A stretch of 63,780 bases of DNA, counting the filler, from Bigelowiella natans CCMP2755 (taxonomy: Eukaryota > Protista > Cercozoa), in assembly GCA_000320545.1 (NCBI GenBank). It is 8 parts of 8 records of this genome, joined end to end, with 100 filler letters (N's around TTAATTAATTAA, not from the genome) between each part and the next. Parts side by side here need not be neighbours in the genome. Positions count along the whole stretch, not along the records: positions 1 to 18,077 come from ADNK01000843.1; 7 more parts are not named here. One strand, given 5' to 3'. The notes below the pieces were generated by a model, which worked only from the letters and a program-made list of their open reading frames with translations, did no database searches and was not told the DNA's origin. This document shows, piece by piece, positions 1-11,389 of the stretch. The translations under genes and the position numbers were made by a program. Within the stretch, counting starts at the first letter, position 1, and every line of letters starts with the position of its first letter.

Positions 1-94
1 CGGCTATTTGCTCGTTATACACACACCCTCGTCGTCGGCCACCTCTGCCTCCTCCTCCTCCTCCCCCTCCTCCTCCTCCTCCTCTCTCGATCAG

Positions 95-452
95 GTTACT
101 ACGTGAAAACATGCCCAGAATCGCAATTGTGTCGGAGAAATTCAAGAAGATTAACTGGGACAAGCTGGCCTATTGTTTTGGTAGTGGCGGTAGTAGTAGT
201 TGCAGTAGTTAAGGAGGGGGGAAGATAGTTTGCTACGTCACAATGATTACGGTACTACCTGCGGAGTCGAGCAAATAGCAGCGAAGAGGGGAGACTACAG
301 ATAGCATAAAACATGCACAAACACACGCACACGCACACGTACTCACGCACTGTGGGGGATGATATCCACATTCACCCCGTATGACAATCCGAGTGATTGT
401 AATACGCAGCCCTGAGAGTCCTCGTCGTTGACGTCGTTGTTTCTGTCTTTTC

Positions 453-483
<31 letters not shown>

Positions 484-1166
484 ATTATCGTCGTCGTCGT
501 CGTCGTCGGCGGGGGAACCGAAAGAGGACGGTTTAGTGCGACTGTGGCATTGGAGCCAAGAGATCTTTACTGGCCTCCAAGCTCCACCACCTAACAAGGT
601 ACTGCTTGTGCGAGAGAAGGAAGGGGGGGAGTGAAGAGGGGAGAACAATTATTCACAGAAAAATGTTTATTTTCTACAAAACTGACACCAAAGAGAGCAG
701 GATCTCTTCCGCGCCGCATCGACTTTCCTGTTTCCTCTTTGCCTTTTTTTTCTCCAAAAAAATCATGAAGCTGGGAGCTGATAGCCGCTCCTTTTGTTCT
801 CTTCTCAGCGCTGCACGCATGGGGAACGCGTTCGAGCGGTAAGGATGCGTGCGATGCTCTCGACATAATATACTCTGTTGTTGTTGCTGCTGCTGCTGCG
901 TAGGCTGATAATTTCAACATGTGGGTGGGTGTGGACCAAAAACACGTTTTAGATATTTTCCATGTGCTGTTTACCAATGCGAATCTTGATTGGGCCCGTA
1001 TGACTCTTTTGCGCGTAACCCCCCCCCCCCCCCCCCTAATGCTGTAATGTAGATTGTGTCGGTGAGTTTCGGCCTCATCATCGCTTGGTGGTTCGGAATG
1101 TATTTCTGCTGGAAGCCAACATCAACCTTGAGGATAAAGCGCACTGTCACATATACTTCGCAGTAG
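95..1166 (+). CDS. 3' part of a spliced hypothetical gene, possibly ending in a transmembrane helix
   Basis: AG/GT-bounded candidate exons at 95-180 (LLRENMPRIAIVSEKFKKINWDKLAYCF), 809-838, 904-924 and ~1054-1166, which join to ...ADNFNMWIVSVSFGLIIAWWFGMYFCWKP...SQ*. No family recognised, and minus-strand exon readings are also possible. Confidence 0.3.
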
Positions 1167-1478
1167 TACATATATAGCTATTTACGTCTCTTCCCATCAT
1201 AGATATCAAACTACTCTGTCTGTTATGTAAAGTGTGATATACTGCCCAGCCATGCGTGCCTGTCCCGCAACATATTATCTTTTATAATGCACCTTGGCTG
1301 CTCTCGTGCTATGCAATGACACCATACTGCACCTTAAATAATGCGGCAATCGCCACAGCTAGCATAGTGCGCTCAATCAGACTCAAAATTGCAGCAACAT
1401 GTGTGTTGTGTCGCATTTCTAGATTTGTATCATTCTTACGAAGCAATCTTGAATTTGTACATAACTATTACAATGCTT

Positions 1479-1560
1479 TATATGTGAGACGGATGCAATG
1501 AAATGTTTAATTTTTTCTAATGATCATCCTAATGTAGCTGTGCAGTGCAGCGGCTACAGC
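1479..1560. repeat. ~85-bp dispersed repeat, copy 1 (also at 36876-36957 and 37259-37335)
   Basis: TATATGTGAGACGGATGCAATG...CATCCTAATGTAGCTGTGCAGTGCAGCGGCTACAGC aligns by eye to the two other copies. Confidence 0.85.
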
Positions 1561-1929
1561 GCTCAAATTGTGTCTGTTTGTTTCCTTGGTCACATGAATG
1601 CTTTATATATAGCTTTACTAGCTATCTTTCTATGCGCAAATAATGAACAATAATCTAATAATAACACGATACGGCGACTCGCGATAATCCCTTGCAAACT
1701 TCACTACCGGTAGTTTAATTAACAACGGCTGTAGCAACCATGCAGATTTTAGCGCATGGTGCTAGGTGCAGCGTACTCGTATTGATGCAGATTATAGTCG
1801 AGTCCGGAGCTAGCCGTAGCAACCGATAAATGTACAACGGCGTGGTAGCGCATATCAAAGAATATGGATGCCAATTTGTTTTAAAATTTTCATTCAATTC
1901 AATCGTGCAGGATCTTCCTGCTGTCATCG

Positions 1930-3237
1930 CTATCGAGGAAGATATCCCCTTTCCCTTTGTTCAAAGTGCATGCTAGAGTCCATTCCTGTTGCATGCATGA
2001 AGTTTTCGATTGCGTCGTTTGGAGAGAATGGGACAGACCCATCAGATTCCGCTTCGGCAGCGGCATTGCGCTCGTTGGAAACTTGATTGTCTTCCTTGAT
2101 CAGACCCCTCTCTATTGCTACTTTCTTTGCTGCTTTCCTTGGGTATGAAATGATCTTCTGGACAGGCTGAAGAGAAAACGTGAGGCATAAGTAAAACAAC
2201 ACACGCCACATGACTGGATGCTCGTATATCCATTGTAATTTACATACAAATACATTTGTACGCGTATGTGTGCGTGTATCGTCATGGAGGCATCTCGTCG
2301 ATCATTCGCTCTTTCTTCATCATCATCATCGCATGTATTTTCTCTGGACGCAACATCAAGAAAGAGGAAAATTGTGTAGACTCCACCGCGCGCAGGTCAG
2401 CAGCACCCGCACAGTAAAAGCAGGCGTGGTCGTCTAATCCACCTTATATTGCTAAGCTATGGCGACGACTACTACTACTACTACTACTAATATTCATCAC
2501 TCCTAATGCATACAAACAAACACCACCTCAGACGCGCCCGTGGCATTCCAGGTCTTGAAGCCTGGAGCAAACTCCCTGAGCGATACGACAGCCTGTATTG
2601 TGCTCCATCCCGCTCCAAAATCACCCAAGCACTGTATATCGAAGGTATCACGGCCCTCAACCCGCAGGATCTGTGTGGCGACAGGAATGGAGAAGTTCTT
2701 CGCAATTTGCTGCTTGAACTCCTTAATCGTCGTTCTCGGATCGAATCCTTGCAGATAGCGGGACTGCTCTACCCCCACCCCCTCTCGAAGCCCCATCGCC
2801 CCCACCTGGAACAGCGTCGACTTTGTCAGGACTCGGTGCTGCGCCAAAGTGCCTTTCGGGTCAAGAATCCGCCCGTTGTACATGACCTCGTTGTGCATCA
2901 GATTCGGGTCGATCCGGAGCAACTTCTCGATCGTCGTATTTCGCAGCACGTGGAAGCTGGGGAGAGAAGAAGGGGAGGATGGTTAGCTTGGCAGTGCAGA
3001 TATAATATGTTTAAAAAAGAGCGCCTACGCACAAGCGTTGAGAGAACGTACGTCTTCATCTTTGCGTTAAGAGATCTTATCGAGACTTCGATCAGCTTGG
3101 GGGAATGATGGTTCGGCGGGTTTTGAGTCAACACTGGCGTATATTTCTTGACCTACCAACGAATAACAAGATCCAGAGGTGGAGAAAGGCGCATGGTTCA
3201 TAAATGGGGTAGACTATGTGTGAACTGAGATGTGTGC

Positions 3238-3280
<43 letters not shown>

Positions 3281-3426
3281 ATAGGAGGTATGGCGCCCAT
3301 GTGTTTGTTCTTATGCCTCAGCACCGATTTCTTCGGCAGCACGAGATGGATGGTGCCGGACATTTCCTCTGGGTTCTCAACCACAATAGCCGGCTTTATA
3401 TCCTCCGAAGTGGAGACATCATCCAT
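1930..3426 (-). CDS. Spliced protein with N-terminal hydrophobic segment and two tandem ubiquitin-like domains
   Basis: Exons MDDVSTSEDIKPAIVV... / VYPIYEPCAFLHLWILLFV / ...KLIEVSIRSLNAKMKT / FHVLRNTTIEKLL...MYNGRILDPKGTLAQHRVLTKSTL...DPRTTIKEFKQQIAKNFSIPVATQILRVEGRDTFDIQCLGDFG show beta-grasp UBL patterns. Last exon probably 1930-2165. Confidence 0.6.
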
Positions 3427-3981
3427 CCGGTTCCATTTCGTGTAATCAAGCGCGCTCCGCGCACCACCCTGTGCAGAGATTGGGAAGGATCAAGTAATGA
3501 CAATCTCACGTGTGCACTTTTTAATTCCATCGACTATTCATACCCTCATCTTCAGCACTATCCGCCTTCTTCCTGCGTTGCTGCAGCGGGCGGGGCGCAA
3601 GTCGTCTGCGGCTAAGGAAGGGCCTGCTGCGGGTACGACGATGACGACGACGACGACGACGACACAAACGACGGAGCACAGGAGCGGCAGCAGAAGAGGC
3701 GGCCGCAGGGTGGTCATCATCATAGGCATCTGCTACATCCGTGGTTGTGGTTGTAATGAGTTGCTATCGCGAAGGAGGTTGCTGTCCAAGGAGGGGGAGC
3801 AGCAGAAGCAGGAGGGAGGAGCAGGAGGAGGAGGGAGAGATGAAGCTACTCGCAGAGTGACGACAGGGGAATTGCGTTTTTTTAGTATTTCATCCATGTC
3901 GCAGGGCCAAAATGCAAGTCATTTCTTTCTCCTCGGACAGATTTGCTCGATCAGCGGTCGGAAGGAAGAACAACAACAATC

Positions 3982-4719
3982 ATGCATTCTCGCGGGCTCT
4001 TCCGACGGGCGATTGCAGGCCTGGGGGCTGCCCCCCCTCTGCTGGCGGCTGTGGTGCTACGTAAGCACGCAGAATTCCGTTCTTCCTCCGCACAAGCTGC
4101 TTCGTCGTCGAAAGCGGAGAAAGGCGAGAGGGACAGCGGTACAAGAAACTCGGAGGAGGAGCGGCGAGTCATATTCCAAAAACTCCGCATCGCCCAATTC
4201 CGGGAGTTAGCTCCAAGGGTGCACAGAGAAGTTCTTGAGTCTGTGGATTGGCCTGGAGTTTTCATAAACATCGAGAAGTGCAGGGCTGATGACCCTGCTG
4301 CCCCGGTTGCGGCGTCCAAACCGGGACGCTTCACTCCCCTTTTCCTCCTAGATCGAAAGGAGAAATTTGCAAGGCTACCTTCGCCCCCGCCAGCTTTCCA
4401 TCATACCTATCTCGTGTTCTTCAAAATAAAACCACTTCACGCAGCTGCATTTACTGAGCTGCTATTGGAGGAGTGCCGTACGGTGCAGAGGGTGGAACCG
4501 GGGATGTTGCGCTACGATCTCTACCGCCATTCCGAGGATTCCTGCAAGTTCCTGGTCTATGAGGTGTGCGAAGACGATGATGCTATGGCAGCGCATGAGA
4601 ATCGCAGGGCTGATGGTGTAATGCGGCGCACGATAGCCGAAATGGAGGCGATATCTCGGAAGAAGATAAAGGAGACTGGCCGCTACTATGTAGTTTATCC
4701 ACCCCCCCGTTCACCGTGA
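3982..4719 (+). CDS. Antibiotic-biosynthesis-monooxygenase (ABM; LsrG/YgiN-like) domain protein, likely organelle-targeted
   Basis: C-terminal YLVFFKIKP..AAAFTELLLEECRTVQRVEPGMLRYDLYRHSEDSCKFLVYEVCEDDDAMAAH matches the ABM motif. The N-terminus MHSRGLFRRAIAGLG is Arg-rich like a mitochondrial presequence. An upstream exon at 3497 is possible. Confidence 0.8.
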   Translation: MHSRGLFRRAIAGLGAAPPLLAAVVLRKHAEFRSSSAQAASSSKAEKGERDSGTRNSEEERRVIFQKLRIAQFRELAPRVHREVLESVDWPGVFINIEKCRADDPAAPVAASKPGRFTPLFLLDRKEKFARLPSPPPAFHHTYLVFFKIKPLHAAAFTELLLEECRTVQRVEPGMLRYDLYRHSEDSCKFLVYEVCEDDDAMAAHENRRADGVMRRTIAEMEAISRKKIKETGRYYVVYPPPRSP

Positions 4720-5263
4720 CTTTCTGAACTTGAATTGACTTGTAAATATCTCTAATATGTTGCAATGGAGTAACATTTATCATTGAAATCACTTAATGAT
4801 ATACAGAAGATCTGCGCGATCTAGCTAGATCTAGTAGCATGCTGGCTACCAACGTCTAATCTCGCGCATGCTAATGAGCAAAGATTTCCTGCCACTGTTT
4901 ATCGCATCTTAACTATAAGAGCCACACATATCATCATTGCTACATGTGTCATCGTATATCGGTGTGGGAGGTTTGTTTCGGCTGTCATGCACTCTAATCT
5001 AGTGATACGCCCTTATAGTACATCTAGCACATGTCCGCGCCAGTAGCATTTACGCATAGGTAATAACATATATTCGTCAGTTACTGTCTGTGCGTTTCTC
5101 TCACAACATGTTATATACAAACAATATGGAGATATACCATCCTGTGTGCTGGCCAGACTCTAGACCAGTTTTGTACATACGGTAGCGTATCTCGTAGTTC
5201 ATATGCATGTAGGTCTAAATATGCTGTTGCAATTGGCCAACAGGCAACTCAAAAGGTTATCCT

Positions 5264-8200
5264 CTAGCTGTTAGTTTTGTCGTCGTCTCCTTCTCGTATG
5301 AGCTGCTCAAACGTTGTGACGACCTGGTGGGCAAACATGCACTTGCTCACCAATGCGTCCATACCCTCGTTCGGTACCTAACAGGAGTAGTATTGCATAT
5401 CCACAAAGGTGAGATTCCATCGCATAGACTGCCTGATGACGACAAATTCGCCTTGTCTAAAACCCTATTCTACCGTTGTCAGTACAACTCATCGCCAAAC
5501 CATCATTATCATCCACATCATCATCATGAGGCACTACGTATGGCTTCGTTCCGGAGGTGGACTTGAAGCAGTCCGGACAGGTTATAGCAATCGTCGGTAC
5601 TTCCGCATCCTTCTCTTCTGGCTTCTTTTCCCGCGCCTCGAGGAGCAGTCTTTCCACGCAGGCCTGGCAAAGACAGTGACCGCAGGGGACAAGCGCGACA
5701 GCATTTCGAAGGGGCTCACAACACTCGCTGCACATACTGGACGTGCGCATGGCGTTGACGGCCGAGACCAGTTTAGGCGCACAGGCGGTTACACGACCGA
5801 ATAGCTCTTCGGCACGGCACGCGTCTCTGAGTGCGACCTTCTCGGCATCCTTTGCACGCAGCATAGCTTCCTCAGCCTCCAAATGTTGTTTTTTTATCCG
5901 AGCAAGGTCACGATGTACGATCTCCAGAGCCTCTGAGTGTTTCTCTTGTGCGCAAGCTAGGTCATGCCGTACTACTACCAAAGTCTCCTCAACAGATTCG
6001 CGCTCCTTGACCGACCGCCGCAACGCCTCCTTATCCGCAAGCTTGCTCCGGTCGTACCTAGGCGTAGAATACGTGGGGAGGGAAAGGAGTAAGCTTGAAA
6101 ACCGAATCAGGATATTATTCCTCATCATATACAATCATGGATGCAAACGACAAAAAATATTGGCGGCGATTCTGACGAGCTGGCGCGGATAAATACTTAG
6201 GAAGTCGCAAGTAGTTATTATTGGCAAAAAAATATGAACAGAAAGTTATCATCTGTCTTACGTCCTGATAGTTTCTCGGAGCTGATCTTCCTTCAGCTTC
6301 TGTTGCGCAAGCAGCGCACGACTCTTCGCCAGAATCTCCTTTCAATATGTGGTCACTATGAAAAGACATGAATGTTGCATTTCTGGCCGAAAAGTAAGAA
6401 AGAATGCAAAATCGGAATCACTGAGTATGTTGTCATCATATTTGCTTTTTCGTGAACGACACAGTTGTCATTATCTTCATCACCATCATGCTGTGTTTGC
6501 ACCTCCGTTGCCTTCTGCTCATTACTCCGACGAGCCAGCTCTTCACTGTGTTGGGCCTCTAGTTGCAAGAGAGCCTCCTCCCTAACAGTAATGTCATGTT
6601 GTCGTTATCAGCAGAAAAGTAGCATGGTAAAAGGCAATCGAGGTAGAAATAAAGAAAGGTGGGGGTAGAGAGTCGTTTTAAACAAGATAGCCATATAGTT
6701 TCTCTATTCCTAACAACTCAAGGGCTACATAAGGACACCTTTCTTTGAGCTGTCGTCGCAATCGATCTTCTTTGGCCTTCATCTCCCCCTGCATCTGAGC
6801 TTGTGCATCCCTGACAGCTTCCCGATGCCTCCGTGATCGTTCCTCCCCCTCCGCGATTGCGGAGCGCAGGCGCACGTAATCGCACTGGAGCAGCTCTTGG
6901 ATTTTCTGTCGTAGCTCGTCAATATCCCTGTAAGGGTGACTATCGTCGTCTCCATCGCCGCCCTTGCTTTCTCTCCTTTGAAGTTCTACCCGATCCTTTC
7001 TCCTCGCCTCCTCGCTTTCACTACGACCCAGCTCAATATCGCCTTCCTTGGTTCGTTCCCGGCCTCTCACGGAGTCGACATCGCGGGAGAGACGAAAAAT
7101 AGCTTGGCGTCGTGCTCTTGCAACCCCCTCCCGCGCTCGCATCTTTTCTTCCATCTTTTCCGTCATCGATTGTTTTTCACCAAGAATGCGCCTGTCCAGC
7201 ATTCCACGCTCTTCCTCCCACTCCACTCGGAGGGCATCGATCTCCTGTTTCGAATTATGATCTCTAAGTAATATCACAGGTTTGACACACTCCTAATTTC
7301 ACGAATAGACATCTCTACTATCTTACATCTACCCCTACCGACGAAGCGAGAAGATATTGTCGTACCGTGGCGTGATTGCGGTTAAGTGCAATTTGTGCCT
7401 GCTGGTGAGCAGCTTTGAGGTTGGCAATCTGCCTTTCATGACGTGCCTCTAGTTCCTTCAGAGCCTTCTCGTGAACACCTTCTAGCGAGTTTCTAAGGTG
7501 CTTCATCTCGTTGATGTGCCCGGATGAAAGACGTGATAGTTCCTGCCGCATCGCTCTGGTTTCGTTGTTGTAGTTGGCCGCCTGGCCCTTGAGAGCAGTT
7601 GCGTGCGTATTTTCAAGTCTAGTGACTTTCTCGGCAAGCTTACTATTGCGCTGCTCGGATGCATTTAGCTGGCTGGAAAGAGTCGTTATTTGCACCCGCG
7701 CCGTATTAAGCTCTTCGGAGAGAGTTGTAATCCGCCCCTCCGCTCCTTGCAGTCGTTCCTTGTGCGAAGAGATGAAGAAGGAAGAGAAACCAGCAATGGT
7801 GAAGGTACATATTTAATCAGTATTGTACGAGAAGGGGATTAGACCAGGCATTCTGACTAATGCCGGTCTATCATTTCCAACAAATAGAACTCTAAATTTT
7901 GCGAGTGAATAACATCATGCTTTCGATAAATAGAAGAATACCTTGGCTTTTGCGAGGCCTTCCTCCACTAAACGTTGCTGTTCCTCTTTCATCAGCTTAC
8001 TGATGGCTATGGTATTGGCCTGTAGTTGCTTGATCTCCTGATCGCGTGTGTTCAGTTCGCGCGCCATGCTTTTCTCCAATTGTTCAAGGTTTTCCTCTAA
8101 GAGTGTTTTATGGTTCTGCAGGGCCGTGACACGTTTTTCTACTGCGTTTGCGTGCTCACGTGCAGCTTCTTCATCCTTCCTCAACTTCATTATCTCCCGC

Positions 8201-8860
8201 ATCATGCTATCTGCCGACTCGGCTGCACTGGTGTGGAGATGAGAGAGTTCCTCGAATTTTTTCTCCCGAAGATGTTTTTCCTTCTCCATCGCCTTGTTGA
8301 TCTCGGTGAGGAGTGTGTGCTCTTTCTGCAACCGCTCAACACACGTACGGAGGGAACTAATCTCCGCCTGTAGCTTGTCCTCAGTGTCCATTCTTGCGTT
8401 CAGCATAGTTCTGTACTTTGAGTTCGACTGCGTAACGATGAAGGAGTAAGCACATTTCAGTACTACGGAATTGTATGTATGATCTTTATAAATCAATAAA
8501 TGGAAGACTTTTGTTCTTCTCCTTAATTATGTTTATCCCTTCGTGAACCTTTTGAACGAGGCCTGCGATCTCAGCTTGATACGCATCTTTCATCGCTGCC
8601 AAAGCGGCCTTCAGATCTGATGAAATGACATTTGACTGTAAATTGATTTCGATCCCCTCCGCCTCATATGATAATAGAAGGGGAGAAGAGGGAGAGTGGG
8701 AAACGTCGTGGTGATCGTGGATAATCCCAAGAAACAACGTGCATACATGATGGAGCGAGGCGAAGTATCCCAACGAAAGGCTGGAAGATTCTCTAACCTT
8801 GAGGTTCTGCACCGCCGACTTTTCTTCCTTTCGCCGGCGTAGAGCTGCTTGTTGTGCCAT
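5264..8860 (-). CDS. Multi-exon long coiled-coil protein with C-terminal C3HC4 RING finger (E3 ligase-like)
   Basis: Successive coiled-coil exons (7915-8430, 7318-7760, 6678-7260, 5540-6060) lead to CSECCEPLRNAVALVPCGHCLCQACV...CPDC. The final exon VPNEGMDALVSKCMF...TNS* ends at 5264. The start (MAQQAALRRR at 8860) is tentative. Confidence 0.8.
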
Positions 8861-9488
8861 CTCGGGACTCTCGCAGGGCTGAGCGAAGTCTCCGAGCCGC
8901 CATAGTTTCTCAGGGAGGGGGCCCGACTCCCGGAGGCGAGAAGGTTGGGGCACCGACCGTTAGGAGAACTAGTTTTCCGAATAACGGCAAACGAAATGGC
9001 AGTAACAGCCGTTACTACCGGTGAGCTCCTTTCGTTGCGGTTTTTAGGCAAAATTGCACAGATATTATCCGCCAGAGCAACGGAGACACGCTGCTGTCCG
9101 CAGAGCAGCTCGATGCCAAAACAAGTGGATGCCCCTCAGCTGCACGTTTTCAATGAATGGTGCGTTGTACTTCAACACCTCCAAAGAGCAGACCACAAAG
9201 TTTTCGTAGTTGCTGGTTGTTGCTCCCAGACTATGAATGTGGATGGTGATGGCCTGATCCTGTAACGCCATCGAATGGAGCAGGTAGCTCGCGCAAGGAT
9301 CCTTCAGACAGGGATGGCTAGATGGGGATCGAGCGTTGCAATGCATTCTTTGGGAGATTTTTTGCCCAGCTTTCACATTTTCGTTTTCACCACCAATGTC
9401 TGCATGTGTCGAAAGCAGTTGTACTTCTCCATACATCATACCTCGCAGTACACAGCCTGCAAGGGCTCGTGTGCATGCATGTGCACGA

Positions 9489-9530
<42 letters not shown>

Positions 9531-9867
9531 GTGTGTGTGTGTGTGTGTGTGTGTGCATTGATCAAGCCCAAAATTAACATGAATAATAAAATAGTATATC
9601 TTGTTTTGCTCGCGCTAATGCATGAACACTCACTTATAAGCGCATGTGTACGTCACAAACGAAATGTGACATTGTTCATCAGTTTTCTCAGCCCAATGAA
9701 TCGTGGACATGGTCAAAAACGTATCTTCCTCGAAGATCACACACGTTTAACAAATATCATCACACCTAATGTTTCCATGCAGCACGTATGCATAAATCAA
9801 CTTATTTACTATGAATATGTCATTTGTTTTCCTGTTTTTCCATTGTTATTCTCGGAGATGCTGCTCA

Positions 9868-11079
9868 CTATTTTTTCTTTTTCTTTATAGTTAAGAACGT
9901 TTTGCAACCAGCAGCATGACGAAGCGTGGGGATGATCTTTCTTTTCCAGTCAGTGCCGACTGCTTTCTCGGACATTATATACATATCACCATGGTTGATT
10001 TGGTGAATTCCTCGACTGCCAACAGGGTGCGACCGATAGAACCACTGATAGTGCAACGGTATTGTTGCTCCCAACCTAACTGCGACAACTTTCCACCGCT
10101 CAGAATCGCCGTGAAAACCGATTCCACATTGGCTAACACTGTAGTAGTAGTTTCCCTCGCATGTTAAACCCTCTGCTTTTTCCCCCAACACTTGTGGAAG
10201 CGCCTGGCGTAGCTGTTTCGTCAAGGGAATCGTGGAATACGCCACAATTCTCCCCTTTTTAGCATTGTAGTCCGGATCTTGAGGGGTTTCAGCATAGCAG
10301 AGGTTGTACCGGGCGCGCTTATTGACGACACGGCCCTTCATCCAAGCATGTTTATCCCAAGTGAGTTGTTTCTGCTCCATGAAAAGTTGGGTTGCAAACG
10401 GGATCTCATCCTGTTTCCCAGTTTTAACATCTTCATCTTTTGTAAGGAGGGCCTGCACTGCGTCACGGATAATTAAGATCTTAGCTTGATCTGCATCCTT
10501 TTTCATCTTCTCATTATCCTCTAGAAGTTCTTTTAGGTCAATCAGCTCGCACTTGCACCCTTGATTCTCAAAACGCTGCTTGGCCTCCTCAAGTTCCTCG
10601 ATCTTGAATCCTGACTCAGCAAGCTGGCCTATCTTTTGCATGCCGACATGATTCTCGGCTTGGTCTCCAAAAGTTAGCGTAATTGCACCCCTTATTCCCT
10701 TTCTTAATATCGCCTCGTGCATCCGACGTGCAGCTTTCGCACGACTATCTATACTGTTGTTTAGAGGACTGCTTCGTGTGCTCAAGGAGGGTTTCTGGTT
10801 CGTTTTTATTTCGCCAGTAGCAGCCACACCCTCTCTGTAGATTTGCTTCCACTTCCGTCTGAGCTTTCTACCCAAAATCTTCAGGTCTTGAGTCTCTGCT
10901 GCAAGATATTTCTTTAGGAATAGGGGCAATTTCGTCTGTATCAACAAGCTCGTCGTCATTGGAAAGGCTGAAAGCTTAAGCATTGCCCTTTTTGTCTCTT
11001 CTGGGTTGCTTGCATGGCTGATTTGGTCTTTTATTCGTTCAATCTCCGCATGCTGCGCTTGATCGTCCCTGCTTTGCAT
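9868..11079 (-). CDS. Intronless 403-aa fusion: N-terminal TFIIS-N (LW/Med26-like) domain + AlkB-like 2OG-Fe(II) dioxygenase
   Basis: N-terminal KRAMLKLSAFPMTTSLLIQTKLPLFLKKY...LGRKLRRKWKQI follows the TFIIS-N pattern. C-terminal EGNYYY...GIGFHGDSE (HxD)...VRLG...INHGDMYIMSEKAVG..W....LRHAAG (distal His) is an AlkB-type double-stranded beta-helix. Confidence 0.85.
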   Translation of the reverse strand: MQSRDDQAQHAEIERIKDQISHASNPEETKRAMLKLSAFPMTTSLLIQTKLPLFLKKYLAAETQDLKILGRKLRRKWKQIYREGVAATGEIKTNQKPSLSTRSSPLNNSIDSRAKAARRMHEAILRKGIRGAITLTFGDQAENHVGMQKIGQLAESGFKIEELEEAKQRFENQGCKCELIDLKELLEDNEKMKKDADQAKILIIRDAVQALLTKDEDVKTGKQDEIPFATQLFMEQKQLTWDKHAWMKGRVVNKRARYNLCYAETPQDPDYNAKKGRIVAYSTIPLTKQLRQALPQVLGEKAEGLTCEGNYYYSVSQCGIGFHGDSERWKVVAVRLGATIPLHYQWFYRSHPVGSRGIHQINHGDMYIMSEKAVGTDWKRKIIPTLRHAAGCKTFLTIKKKKK

Positions 11080-11389
11080 CGTGGTGGGTGTAACAAGGGT
11101 CTTCTTCTTTAAAAGGATTAGGTACGTTAGGAGAATATGAGGTATGAGCAGCGCTTGGTCTGCGAACGGTGGGATTCTTTCTCGCTGTGCAGCGAGCCGA
11201 GCTTCGGCTTTAGATAGGGCATGGAAGTGCTGAGCGACCGACCGTTTTGCTTGCTGTTCTCAGACTGCGACAAGACCAACAATTACCGGGTTGTCGCAGG
11301 GGTGGAAATGCCTGGTAAACGATTGCAAGATGATTATCGGAGAACGTTCCTGGAACCCAGCGAGAACTGCTGCCCATCCCTCCCCAACA

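Noticed and set aside
2506-3108. 200-aa plus-strand ORF
   Set aside because: Antisense shadow of the ubiquitin-like gene.
9065-9439. 124-aa ORF upstream of the RING gene
   Set aside because: No recognisable domain and no clear splice path into the downstream exons.
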